A DNA stretch of 64,000 nt, taken from assembly GCF_036321535.1 (NCBI RefSeq), contig NC_087437.1, positions 81,284,001 through 81,348,000 on the forward strand. The letters are read 5' to 3'. The notes below the pieces were generated by a model. That model saw only the letters and a program-made list of their open reading frames with translations. It had not been told where the DNA came from and did no database searches. The DNA is from Camelus dromedarius (Eukaryota). Shown here piece by piece: positions 1-12,345 of this stretch; the first letter of the stretch is position 1; the number at the start of each line of letters is the position of its first letter. A program made the translations under genes and the position numbers.

Positions 1-229
1 GTGATCACGTGGAAACGTCATCTGTTCTCCATCCTCTTCATCATTTCATCTCATTATTTTTACTCTTTCCAAAACAGAAAGGCAATGGTTTCACTGTTCT
101 AAAGGTGTGGTCTGAAGACCAACTTAAGGTAGCTCACTACCAGGTCCCTCGTCACCTACCTCACCTGTCTCCGTGTTCTAAATGATTCCACCTTATTCCT
201 GTCTGTCTAGTTAACATTTTCTGCTGGTT

Positions 230-560
230 TAGTGGTTCTTGGCTGTGGTGTTACAACACCCTAGCATGTTGTGAAAGGTGCTGGCAAGTAATTATTGTTA
301 ATATTGGTCAAAGTACTGAGATTTGCCAATGGTTTGTTTTTAAAAATAAACTTGAGCAGCTTCCAGATGGTGGTGGCGGTGATGGCATTCTTTCTCCTGC
401 TGTAATCCTGTGCACTCTCTTGGGTGGGAGAGCTGCAGCCGACACAGCCAGGACCACTTCTAACCCACCCCACCTTAACTGCGTACCGTCATGGAGTGTG
501 CCAAGCACCAAATGTCATTTGTTATCTACCCTGGTGGAAAAAAACAGTTGAGAACCATTA
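230..560. mobile_element. Possible hAT-Charlie-type MITE remnant
   Basis: Degenerate terminal inverted repeats tagtggttctt ... gagaaccatta resembling the hAT CAGTGGTTCTC terminus. Confidence 0.35.
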
Positions 561-739
561 TTCTAACATTCCACGATCGTTTTCCTGAAGGTTCTATGCA
601 CACTTAACTTTCTTCTCCATGACTCACTCAACGTTTTCATTTTTCTATTTCAAATAAAGGAATCTCATATAATATTATTCTGGCTGGGTACTGGCCTTTG
701 AATCTAAAGACTGACAACCTTGGTACTTGTTTTTTGCAG

Positions 740-820
740 CTCCTTTAGAGACACGAGGCAGCCCTTTCATTCCTATGATTTCACCGAGTTCTAGTCAAGA
801 GGAGCTGCAAACCACTCTGG
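740..820 (+). CDS. ABI3BP: ABI3BP coding exon (Pro/Thr-rich stalk), 81 nt, phase 1-1
   Basis: ttttttgcag|CT acceptor, G|gtaaat donor; encodes (A)PLETRGSPFIPMISPSSSQEELQTTL, recognisably the ABI3BP stalk segment. Confidence 0.93.
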
Positions 821-1367
821 GTAAATTTGTTTTGCTATTCCAGCCCCCTGTGAGGGCTTACATTTTAGGGATTGTCCTTAAGGAAGCCATGCATACAGTG
901 TGTTCATGTGTTTCAAAACCACAGAGGGTCTCTTTTGACCATCATAAAAAAAAACATTTCACTTGATTCTTTTACATTAACTGTATATTTGTCCTTCTAA
1001 TATTTATGCTGATTTTAATATGAAATGAGAATACTTTAAAACATCTTGACAAAAATTTCAAGCACTTGAAAAAGAAGAATGTTCCCTAAGTATATCAGTG
1101 CTATACTTTTTTTGTTGCTTTTTCCAAATATTTGAAACTTTACTTGGGAAGAAAAATTTCACCTAGTATTTAAAATTTCATGGGTGCTGAGCAACAGGAG
1201 TCCCCAAATAAAACTGTTTTAAAGGTGAGTCTATCCCAGAGAGCTTGCTGTCTAATATGAAGACAGGATTTAGCAATAGTTGTGTTTTCTCTTACCACCC
1301 AGGGTTCCACATGTATTTTGAAATTTAAGCCACCTAACAACATTGTCAGATAGTTTCTCTTACTGGC

Positions 1368-1500
1368 CCCCATTTTAAAGATTAGAGAATTGAGGCATAG
1401 AGAGATTTAAAAATCTAGCCAAGTTATACAGCTAATGTCAGAGCCAAACTGGAAGCCACACACTCAGTCACCAGAGTTCCTGGAATTCACCCCCATGTTC
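1368..1500 (-). mobile_element. MIR SINE fragment
   Basis: cccattttaaagattagagaattgaggcatagagag resembles the reverse complement of the MIR core. Confidence 0.6.
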
Positions 1501-2523
1501 TACATTACAGTGAGTACCAGAGAGAAATGAGCAGCATGCTGAACAAGCAAACTACTAGGGGTATCAGGGAAGGCTTCACAGAGGAGGTGACATAGACGCT
1601 GGGTCTTCAAGTCGGAATGAGACTGAAAATTAAAGGTGTGAAGGGTCCTTTCGGGTTAAAGGCAGATGAGGAGGAGGCACAGGTCAGGAGTGGAGACCAT
1701 ACTGCTCTGATGAGCATGTGGGTGGCCTGGACAAACGCAGATGGATGAATGAGTCAGGAAGTTTGGTTGCGATGAGCAGGCTGTGCTTTCGAGGAGTTGA
1801 GCATCAATGTGTCCACTGTGTGGGAAACCCCAGTTTGCCTGACAGTTGGCTAAAAATGAACCAGAAAACAAGAGTTCCTGGCTTGTGTTTGTTGGCTCCT
1901 CTGCCCTGTCCAGGCTAGGTCCCATGTGGCTGTGCTTAAATCAGTGGCTTTATTTCCCTCCCTTCATCCCTTTTCAGATAAACCCACCCTTTGTGTGTGT
2001 CTGCAGAAATGAAGTTACTGATCCCATTTTAAAATGAAATCCTTTTTTGAAGGGAAAAATTAAAACTGAATGAGCAAATATATCCTAATGACCAAATACT
2101 CATCTTCCTGCAGCCCAGGCCCTCAAAGTTGACATCACCCATGATGGCAAAATCAGAAGTACTTATCAAGAAGCACTGCTGGTTATGCTGATTATCTGCA
2201 TTCCACTCCCTGCTTGTTTTTTTTTTTTTTTTTTAATATGTCTTAGTTTATTGTGACAACTATCACAAGTGTCTCTCTTAGGAGCAGACTCCAGATTATA
2301 AGACAAGCAGAAAATAAGATAACAACATACTATTTGCACCAAGTATTTCCTTGGATCCATTTTGTGGCAAAGTGATCAGTGTAATCTGCTGTGTCTGTAT
2401 GATGCTGTAACGACTTCAAGATAATACGAGGTAGAAGTATTGCCACACTTTTTTTTAAAAAAATTTTGTCAGGAGTAATGTGTCTGCATGTCAATAAGTA
2501 AACTTTGATTTTCACTTGAGAAA

Positions 2524-2596
2524 ATTTGCTCATTCAGCTTTAATTTTTTTCCTTCAAGTGTGTATTTGCTCATTCAGTTTTAATTTTTTCCTTCAA
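2524..2596. repeat. Direct tandem duplication, period about 40 nt
   Basis: atttgctcattcagctttaatttttttccttcaa repeated as atttgctcattcagttttaattttttccttcaa. Confidence 0.85.
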
Positions 2597-3022
2597 AAAG
2601 GATTTCATTTATTCTTATATGGTGTAAACACATTTTTTCATATGATCTGTTTTTTTTTCCAGCTCATCGAAATAACTTGAGCTCATGGAATAGGGAGGAA
2701 ACATGAAGGCAATACATAAACATGAAGACAGGAGGCATATCCAAGTATATAGCCGTGTCCAGTGACCCTAAATTAAAGCTTTTGGAAATCCTTACAATAA
2801 TCATTGAAATAATAGTACAAGAAGACAATAAATACAATAAATGAGAGCTATTAAAATATACCATTAACTTTGAAATAAGATGATTGCTAGGCAGAGTTAC
2901 AGATACAATTTACCCTTTTATCATTGCATAGGGAAGAAGAGTATGGGTTTTTGGGGTTTTTTTTTTGACATGTACATAATGATAATTATTTAAAGCCCGC
3001 CCTCTTACTGTGTTTTCCCCAG

Positions 3023-3100
3023 CAGAAACAGACCAGTTCACCCAAGAACTCTTCACAACTAAGATTCCACGAACAACTGAAGTGGTGAAGACAACTCCAG
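3023..3100 (+). CDS. ABI3BP: ABI3BP coding exon, 78 nt, phase 1-1
   Basis: ttttccccag|CAG acceptor, CAG|gtaatg donor; encodes (A)ETDQFTQELFTTKIPRTTEVVKTTP in frame with neighbouring exons. Confidence 0.93.
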
Positions 3101-3190
3101 GTAATGCTGTTTCTCCACCTCTGGCTAATAACTTTTCCTCCTTTTTTTTTAAGCAGGAAGCACATTTTCTTTTAAGAATGTAATTTTTCA

Positions 3191-3340
3191 GGGGGTGGGT
3201 ATAGTTCAGTGGTAGAGTGCATGCTTAGCATGCACAAGGTCCAGGGTTCTATCCCTAGTACCTCCAGTAAAAATAAATAAACCTAATTATCTCCTCCCCA
3301 CCCCACCCCCCAAAAAACCAAAACCAAAACCAAACAAAAA
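3191..3340 (+). mobile_element. tRNA-Ala-derived SINE (camelid Vic-1 type)
   Basis: A-box/B-box head (gtatagttcagtggtagag...gggttctatccc), aaataaataaacctaatt tail, A-rich end; degenerate TSD aagaatgtaatttttca / aagaacataatatttca. Confidence 0.9.
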
Positions 3341-3466
3341 AAGAACATAATATTTCATTACAGTGAGTTAATTATTTTTCATTTCATAGGTACAGGATAT
3401 CAGCCAAGTAGGAATCTATGTGAATATCAGTTGAATGAAGACAGTATCTTTAGTTAGAGCTTTACT

Positions 3467-3592
3467 TTTTTTTTTTTTAGCACTTTATTTTTTTCTTTTT
3501 ATTTTATTTTGAGGGAGGTACTGCTGGGGATTGAACCCAGGACCTCTTGCATGCTGAGCATGTGCTCTGCCACTGAGCTATTTCCCTCCCCC
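3467..3592 (-). mobile_element. tRNA-Ala-derived SINE (Vic-1 type)
   Basis: Poly-T then ggggattgaacccaggacc...cactgagctatttccctcccc; flanking gctttact repeats as the likely TSD. Confidence 0.88.
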
Positions 3593-6500
3593 TGGGCTTT
3601 ACTGTTGACTGTACGGTCAACTGCTTGATGCTGATAACTAAGAAAGCTTCCACTTGTTCCCCTTGCTTGACCTTCTTTGCCTCATTTTCCACATCAGATA
3701 AGTAAGAATCTTCATCACCTTCCTCCTTCTCCTCCTCCTTTCTCTCCCTCTGTCCCATCTCCCAAACTTGATGAATACGTTGATACTGCAGCCTGAGAAA
3801 GGAAATTAGTAACAAGAAAATTCATTTTTTAGTGATGACTTAATATTAAAACATCCAGGAAGGTTTTCTCTGGGATTTCCTCATTTTATTTCTTCCTCCT
3901 ACTTTTTGAGACATGAACTCACCCACACAAATCTCTGTTTCATCTCCGTGCTCTCGGAAGTCTCTCCTTTTTATCTCTCTGTCCTAGCTGGGTTGTAATC
4001 AGTTGTGGATTTCCAGTATTTTCGTGTTTTCTTTCTTTTTTCCTTAACTACCTTCTTGTGCCCATCTCTACCTCTAGCATACAGGAGGAAACCCCCCCAA
4101 AAAAATGTAAACATTTTTTAAGGATTTGGGAGACAAATTTATTTTACTCAATTGTCAGTTGTAATTTGGGATGGAAATTTGGTGAAAGAAATTTAAAATA
4201 ATATGAGGAGATGATAACAATAAAAGAAATCTAATTTTAAGGTATACATTTTATAATAAGCAGAGTAGTACTTATACTAAATAAATACGACTGAGAATAC
4301 ACTCTATGGTATAGGACAGTTCTTGTAAATTTTCTAAATATTTTTAGCTCCTTTGGTTTAATTTTTATGTTTTAAATGTTTATTATTTACTTTATTACCT
4401 TTTTATTTATTAACCTTTCTTTATTTAAGTATACACAGAGGTAAGGCGCCTAATATAATGACAGCCCTCCTAAAGTCTTTTCACCACCCTCAGCCATTAA
4501 CAACAGATGTTCAGTCCTGTTACATCCATTCCCCACCCTGATATGTTTATTTTTTAATGTTTTTGCAAACCTTTAATGTCTGGCTTAATAGAAGTTAGCT
4601 AGAGTCTCATAATCAAACTCTGGTGCTCTTATGGTAAAACACACAAATGTTTATAGTAAGCAGGATAAATACAGACCCTATTCAACTCAGGCTGTATTGC
4701 CAAGTGAGAAAAAGATTTCAGCTTTTTAGAGCTTTGTAGATTTCAGAATTGAGGGCAAAAACATAATAGGCCTGTTCTGTTCTTGTTTTTGCTTTTCCTT
4801 TCTTTCATGGGAAGATCAACACTGTGTCACCAGTACGAGTATATGTGGAATTTTCATCAAATTGCTTCTTGAACATGGTTTTATTAGATGGGTTTCACAG
4901 TTGATTGAATGTATATCTAGGATCTGAAATCATTCTATGATTTGTCTTAACATATGTATATAATGTACTGTGTTTTAATTATTTTCTTATGTTCTGAGGA
5001 GCCTTAGCTTGAGCCTAAACTATGCAGCTCTGAGATTCATATTTTTCTAGACTTGTGCCAAGGATCTTTAAAGGGGGCTCACCAGGAATTTCTTTCCAAC
5101 TTGGTCCAGCCCAGTAACCCTTCTGGGGAGTAGAGGGTCAACTTCAGTAATGGCACACTGTGTCCTGGGATCTCCCTCTGGCCCAGCCCTCATAAATGTG
5201 TGCTTGAGCTCTGCGGAGGAGGTCAATCCACTGTATTACGTTTGGTTTGTTGTGTTGTGTTGTGTTTTGGTTTGGTTTTGACAGCAGACATTAGATACAT
5301 AAGACAGCACACAATAATTTGAGATGCTGTAGGGGTGAAATTGTTCCTCTTGATCTGCACACCCCACCCACCCACATACCAGGACCTGTGTGGCTTTTTG
5401 TTCTCTAAGCCCAAGGGCTCCAAAGAAACTTAGTGCCTAAAGGCATGAACCCACTGGTAGAATCATCAGCACCTTTTCTTTGCGGCATCCTTGCTCCTTT
5501 GTCTGCTGAGACAATTCCCTGCAGCTAGAACGGAAACCCTGATGTATTCAAGCTCCTCTCCTGTGCCCCTCTCATCTCAACCCCTGGTAGAAATCCACTT
5601 GGCCAGAGCCATTCTGGGGACATTTTGATGACTGATTCCAGCTCCCCAGTCCTTACACCACCCAGGGAAAGTTGTATCCACTTTCCCCTCCACCTGGCCC
5701 TTCAGGGCACTTCTCCTGTAATCTCTGTTTGTTTGTGTTTGATGTTATCTTCATCAAGGATTTTTAATGCTCTTTTAAAATACTGTTTATGAAACTATTC
5801 AGATATTAAGCCATCTTTTAAAATTATTTTTATTATTAGTCACCCAAAACCCTGTGGAGATGACATTCACAGTGTTACATTCTCATAACGCTTCTTTGTC
5901 TGTTTTTAAATTTAAAATTAAAACCCTGGAGCAGTTTTCTTAAGGCCGTGTGTTATGTGGTGATGAGCTATGTGAGTAACTCACAGCCTTAAGTTATATG
6001 TCAGCTCTTTTATACAAAGTTCTTTCAAGATTTAAGTAAAGACCGTAAATAAAACAAAATTTCTGATACTGTGAATTTGAAATAATGAATGTAAGCTGAT
6101 TATTTCTAAGTTTTTCTAAGGTTTTAAAACTGATATATATTCTAGAATGAGACTAAGAAGAGCCATGGTTCTTGTATTTCTTTAAGCAAAAGCAATCTAA
6201 CATCGAAGAAATGTAAAACAAATCTGCAATATGTTACATTGACAGGGACTCCTACCACTCTCAAAGAAAATTTAAGAAAAACACTTGCAAATCATCATCA
6301 CACATTTTAGGGTGTGTGAGAATTGACTGTTTTTATAACATCAGTACCTCTGTTCACGCTAGTTATTACACTTTGCAAGGCCCCTGTTAAACCTACAGAG
6401 AATTTCAGTATGTGTCTGCTGTTTTTGGCCTGAAGTGTGGCAAAATTCTGCTCATCAGTCTTCACGGTGGAGGCTTATAAATGAGCTACATTATAATCTG

Positions 6501-7152
6501 TTTTGCAGGTGTATTTTTTTTTAATGTGGTAGGCAAGGCATTTGCTGATTTATAGTTACATAAATACCCACTCAAGATGTGAAGAAAATCATTGAAACGA
6601 TGTAATCTACTTACATAGTTTTCGAGAAAAACTTTTTCCAGTCTTAGCTAAAGCATTACCAAGAGAGTTGGTGGCCGGACGCAATGTGTGTGTCAAGGGG
6701 GCAGAGGAGGAGAGGGAAGGATAGACAGTTTCCAGGATGAATGCACATTTTAAAAGCTTAGGAAGCAAAACGAATTCAGCTGAGTTGTTTGTGAATTTGC
6801 CTGATTACAGCTGTCGCTAATTTCTAAGTGTATTTGACAAGTCTTCCTTAGTGGTCTTCCCTGTGCCAGTAACAAGGGGGCATGTTGGTCCCAGGGCTGT
6901 CTGAGTTCTCAATCTTTGCTCATCGTCTCTTGATGGGCAGGACACCAGAGGTCATTTTCTCTTATTCCTAAAGCTATTAAGCACTAAGTGAATATTTATT
7001 CACTTAAGGGTTTGTGAACTAAGACAGATAGAGACCATGTTTCTACTCTTGTTCTCATGTACTTAAACCTATTCCTCTCTTTGCCTTTAAGATTATTTGT
7101 CTTCTTTGTCAAAATAATGTTCCACAGTGGCTGCCTAATTACAAGTTGTGAA

Positions 7153-7201
7153 TGGATGGATGGGTTGTTGGACAGATGGACAGACACATGGATGGATGGA
7201 T
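7153..7201. repeat. Degenerate (GGAT/GGAC)n simple repeat
   Basis: atggatggatgggttgttggacagatggacagacacatggatggatggat. Confidence 0.7.
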
Positions 7202-7538
7202 GGTTGGCTTATATGTTTACTGTGTTAAGCAACTATGTGGTGAAATAAATGTCCTTGAAAAACAGGGACTAAATGATGACTAATCCTGAACACACCTTAC
7301 CAGTGGCCTACCTCACTTTATGTGCATCTTTGATTTCCAGTCATGAATATTTTCATTTGTTTTGCTTTCCTTTAGCGTCAGTGCTGTAATGCGTAATTGG
7401 AGGTTTAAGGATGTTCTTGATACTCCCATACAAAATGTACAAAGTTGCTGGTCTGTAGGGTGCTGACTTTCCATTTAGTGGGCCTCTCCATTTAGTGGGG
7501 TGTTGGTTATTAAATATGAAATGTTTCCTCTGTTTCAG

Positions 7539-7604
7539 CACCACACAGATTGTACACTACGCCTGTGAGGCCCAGAACACCCGACAAACCACACTTCAGA
7601 CCTG
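7539..7604 (+). CDS. ABI3BP: ABI3BP coding exon, 66 nt, phase 1-1
   Basis: tgtttcag| acceptor, CTG|gtaagt donor; encodes (A)PHRLYTTPVRPRTPDKPHFRP. Confidence 0.92.
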
Positions 7605-8388
7605 GTAAGTTGTTTCTGTTTCTGACGATCTAAATAATCAGCACATCTAAGAAGACATCAGATGTGCTGAAACAGCCAAATGTACCAAAGGAGAGATACC
7701 CTTAAGGTGAAATAAATGACATACAGAAATCCTGATCCTTGTGGATAAATAGACAGATAATGATGAATTCGTGGAAGTGACAAGACTTTGCTGAGATTTT
7801 TAAGGATAATCAGATTCAGAGACCACTACAGAAACTTAGCCATATAAAAGCAGTTTTAAAATAGCATTTGTGCATAACTCGCACACACTCTCCCCTTCTC
7901 CTTTAGTTTTCCGTGGCAGTTACAGTTAGCATGAGCTGTGATGTCTTGCATGTTTTCAAATGTCATCTTTTAAAAGAAGATGGTCTCTTCCAGTACGAAA
8001 GGCTCTTGCTCGGCGAGAATATTTTTACTTGATTCTTTCACATGATAAACAACCAGACACATTTTACAGTTTGTAAACAGCAAAAATAAAGTGGTAATTA
8101 AACTGGAAAATACTTTAAATTTATTAAATTCACCAAAGGATGTAGGAACTCACTTACGGGAGCTTATTAGGGAAAAGTTAACCTGAAGGGATGACGTGGT
8201 CCAGAGGCCAGAGCCTCTGGTGTTTCTGCCCTTTTATTTCCCTCTGTGATTCTAAGAAGTCTTAAAGTTCTAAATGACAAAATTGGCTTGTAAACTAACA
8301 TTCGTGGTGAACATCTCTCCAGACACATGGAAAAAAGAAAAACATACATTTTTCTACCCTTTAGTTTACGGAGGAGTCTATATATGTA

Positions 8389-8413
8389 TTATATATATAT
8401 ATATATATATATA
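8389..8413. repeat. (AT)n microsatellite
   Basis: Uninterrupted atatat run. Confidence 0.9.
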
Positions 8414-9134
8414 TTTGAGTTATCCTCCAACTCCTAAAGGTAATAGGTGCAGAAATCTTTTAAAAAACAAATACATCTCCATGGGACTGTTGTAGCACGA
8501 TGGCTCTGGAGGGCTTAATATGTGGCTGGTAGTATTAAGCAGTCTACAAGATAATGAAACAGTAACAGTAATGGCTAACAGTGACTGGGTGCTTACCCTG
8601 TGTCCTGTGAGGTACAGTGGAGGAAGCTAAGTCAAAACAAGAGCTTGGAAGTGGATTCTGTGTTTAACCATGGACTTGTGGCAGGCCTGAGGGAGCTTCT
8701 GTACCTAGAGACTCCTCCAGAAGGACCACCACCTTATGTGTTATGAATTAAGGCTTTAAAATAAATACACCTAAGTTTTGGGTTTTCATTAGGCATATGT
8801 AGTCCTGATCTTTTTTCAGTCCCATTTTGGAATCTATCTAGTACTTACAAATGAAGTAAGATACCTGTCATTCAGAAATTTAAATTCCCTTCTTTTTTAT
8901 TCCAGCCTAGTGATCACCTCAGAGTCCAAACTCAGATGTCTATTCCCAAATTCAAGCCTATAATTTTTATACCATAATTGTAATTTCTCTATTCTGAACA
9001 ATAGTTTTTGATGCACCATCATATTTTTATTGCCTAGTTAAATGACTTCCAATTCTTTGGAAAGTTTTATTTTCCTTGGCTGCAAGTTTTTAATAAGAAA
9101 ATGTCTAAACTGTTTATTTCCTGCTTATTTGTAG

Positions 9135-9209
9135 TTTTGAATAAGACGACTACGAGACCTAGTAGACCCAAACCCAGTGGGATGCCCAAATGGGATGGAA
9201 TGGGAACAG
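9135..9209 (+). CDS. ABI3BP: ABI3BP coding exon, 75 nt, phase 1-1
   Basis: ttatttgtag| acceptor, CAG|gtaatg donor; encodes (V)LNKTTTRPSRPKPSGMPKWDGMGT. Confidence 0.9.
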
Positions 9210-10892
9210 GTAATGATTACAGAGTTATTTCCTTTTGATCCTGTTAAACTGTAAATGTTTTCATTCAGTTTTTATAATTTATTGAATTCACATTTCAATT
9301 TCTTTTTTTTATTTTTACCAGTTTTAAAAGTTCTTAATATAACCAGTTTTGGAAGTTCATAGACTTGACAATTGTAATTAATTCCAAAATCAAAATTTCA
9401 AATGTCTTTGAAAACATTAAAAAAGACTTTTTCATTTTTCTAAATGCAATTCACTAAATCAGCTACAAAATACAGTCTTGATTCTTAAAAAGATCCTGAT
9501 TATTCCAAAACACTTTGCAAATACAGGCCTGGTCTTTAAGACTGTTATCACTTGGTTTTCAAGTTTATAATTTCACAAGTACCATTATAATTTTTTTGAA
9601 TACCTGCATCTGTTAGCCACCTAGAATATGCTATTTAAACAAGAGCAATTAGCAGTTGATCGCCCAGATTACAAGCATATTAATGTTTCCAAACCACTCA
9701 GCTTGGATTCAGTGACACTGTCCTGATCCAATCTGATCTATGGAGGTAGACATACAGATAAGTAGGACAGTGATCTGATAAAAGTTCAAACACCCAACTC
9801 ACTAAGTGGATAAATGGTAGTTATTGAATGCCTTACTATGGGATTGCATTGTTCCCTTGAAATACTTTTTAAAATAATGCAAATCTTATACCAGGTTCTG
9901 TGAAAAAACATGAAAATTACAGTTTAATGCATATTACATATTTAATCAACCCATAATGTTCCCTAATGAGAAAGAAATGTGAGTAATACCTGAAGATGTG
10001 TATTCAATCTAAACACCATTTAGATTTTATTTAGTTTTTGTACTAGGTTATTACAATGTCAGAAGTTCTAGGAATTCAATTCCCTTCAAATCAATTAATG
10101 AGGCAGATGCTATAAATTCCTAACTCATGAAAAACAAGAAAGCATTCCAGTATCTATTTGTGCTCAGCTGCTCCTTAAGTGGGATTAGGCTGTGCCTAGT
10201 GTCTCAGGTAGATGTAAACAATCTGACTCTAAATAGAGCCACCTTCTTAATATTCAAAATAATTCCCTGGAGTTTGCCTAAGTAGAAATAGAAGGCATTT
10301 ATGTCAACAAAGCAAATGAAAGAACAAGTAGCTATGATCAAACTTGACAGCCAGCCATTAACCTTCAGCATAATCACACCTTGATTCTCATTAGGAAAAT
10401 GCTGATTGTCTATCAGAGGGAAAACAGAGCATTATTATATTTTAGTTTATCAACAGTATAAATATTTTTCCAGGGCCACTTGTAATACAAAATGACATCT
10501 GTTACCCTCTTGTGTAGATGAAGTCAACTTTGTAATAACTCATCTATCTCATCTTTAAAAGGTTTGTCTCTTGCCAGGGCTGCTTCAGTTTTAGTTGGTT
10601 GGTTTCTGTTAGAAATAGGTTGGTGGGCACAGGTAAACAAAGCTGAGTTCACTGTTTCCCTTTTCCTTACTCTATCACCGTCTCCAACCAAAATGTGTTT
10701 CACCTGCTCTATGTTCTAGTGTTTGTCTATTAGAATCCTTCTTTAAGGAAGGACTTGCTGCCCACCTGCAGGGAGTAAAGTCAGCAGACAGCATCCCACT
10801 GTCAGCTCCTTCAGGACCAGCCTCAGCTCAGAGAGTCTTAACTGGAGATTTGAGTGGTCCATCACCCTGTCTACCACATCAACATTTAACAA

Positions 10893-11295
10893 CCAAATGA
10901 TACTTACCTTAGGAATGCAAGGTTGGCTCAACATTCAAACAAATTAGTACAATTTACCACATTAACAGAGCAAAGGAAAAAAATTATCATCTCAGTAAAT
11001 ATGAAAATCAACCATTAGACAAAATTCAAAATCCATTCATGATGAAAACTCAACACTAGAAATAGAAGGAATTTTCCTCACTCTGATAAAGGGCATCTGT
11101 AAAAAACCTACAGCTAACATCATACTTAATATTGAAAGGCTGAATGTTTTTCTCCTAATATCCAGAACATAAGCAAGGATTCCTAACTTTTTTATCACTT
11201 CCTTTGAAAATAGAAGTGGAGTGTTAAGCTAGTGCAATAAGGCATGAAAAGAAGTAAATGGTATAAAAATCACAAAATCACAGATGACATTATGT
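10893..11295 (+). mobile_element. LINE-1 ORF2 reverse-transcriptase fragment (degenerate)
   Basis: Degenerate coding match to L1 ORF2 GMQGWFNI...HHINR...DKIQHPFMIK...KPTANIILN (ggaatgcaaggttggctcaacatt; aaacctacagctaacatcatacttaat). Confidence 0.85.
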
Positions 11296-12151
11296 AGCAT
11301 ATTTTAAAAGGAAAATTTAACAGCTCTAAAACTCTGCCTGGGGAATATTGTTTTGAAAAATTGGTGAGAAAAAGAGTATTTTAAAATCTACTCTCTTTGG
11401 TTTATAGACTCACATGGATTCACCTTACTTTGATTCTGCATAGTTTTGATTTGATTGGTTTACAGAAATACAGATATTCACAGCAAGTTTATTTTCTTTC
11501 CTGACCTAGTCCTACTATCTCATCTATACTCATTTCTAACCTCTATTGAGTCTTAATAAGATTTAATGAGACACCATTTCTGTGTCAAATGATTCATTAT
11601 CCAACTTTGACATCTTGCCCAGATCTTTATTGTCCACCTAATATATATTTTCCTATAGTTTTTCTTGCTGAAGTTTTCAGCCTAGATATTTTACATTTTA
11701 AAAAGATCAGTTGATAAAGAATCCGCTTAGGATTTATAGGCCATATTCTTCATGGTCTTAGGCCACTTAGGGCTGTGCCTTTGGAAGACTAAAAAAGGTT
11801 CTGAGGCCTCAAAACCATGAACCTTTGTTTATTTGAGCCTCTATAAAAATCTTAGAATGATTCCATAAACCCCAGGAGTCTTTAAACCTTCTTGAGCCAA
11901 GTTTCTTACTTTATAACATCATTATAGATATTTACCCTGGCTTAAGTGCATTTCATGGCTATATGTATAAATATTTCTCCACCTTAAAGTTAGAAAGTAG
12001 CCTGCAGAGAATGCAGTTGTAGGTAGGTCATCTTTCCAGCACTCTACTTTTTCAGGATTTTCAGAGACACGTCTCAGCTTAACTGATGTGTTCTGCATAT
12101 TATAACCTACTTGAGATCTGACTCCAGAGATGCAACCAGCACGCACTAGAC

Positions 12152-12345
12152 AAGGGGACTGAACAAAGTACAATCTCACGGGCCAGATCCAGCTCATTGT
12201 CTTTTTTGTCAATAAAGTTTTATGGAAACATTGCTTGCTTTCGCAATACAATGGCAAAGTTGAATAGTTGTAACAGAGGCAGTATGGCCCACAGAGCTGA
12301 AAATATTTACCATCTGTCCCTTGGCAGAAAGTTTGCCAAACATGT
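12152..12345 (+). mobile_element. MER58A-like hAT-Charlie MITE
   Basis: gggccagatcc...aataaagttttatggaaaca...tatggcccacagagctgaaaatatttac...aaagtttgcc follows the MER58A layout. Confidence 0.8.

Noticed and set aside
1167..1224. Perfect AAG|GTGAGT donor suggesting a cryptic ABI3BP exon
   Set aside because: The nearest acceptor has a poor pyrimidine tract; the 58-nt body is not 3n and contains a stop; most likely a pseudo-site.
2114..2181. Good acceptor (catcttcctgcag) suggesting an extra stalk exon
   Set aside because: Only a weak gttatg donor follows, and the phase 1-1 reading from the second AG contains two TGA stops.
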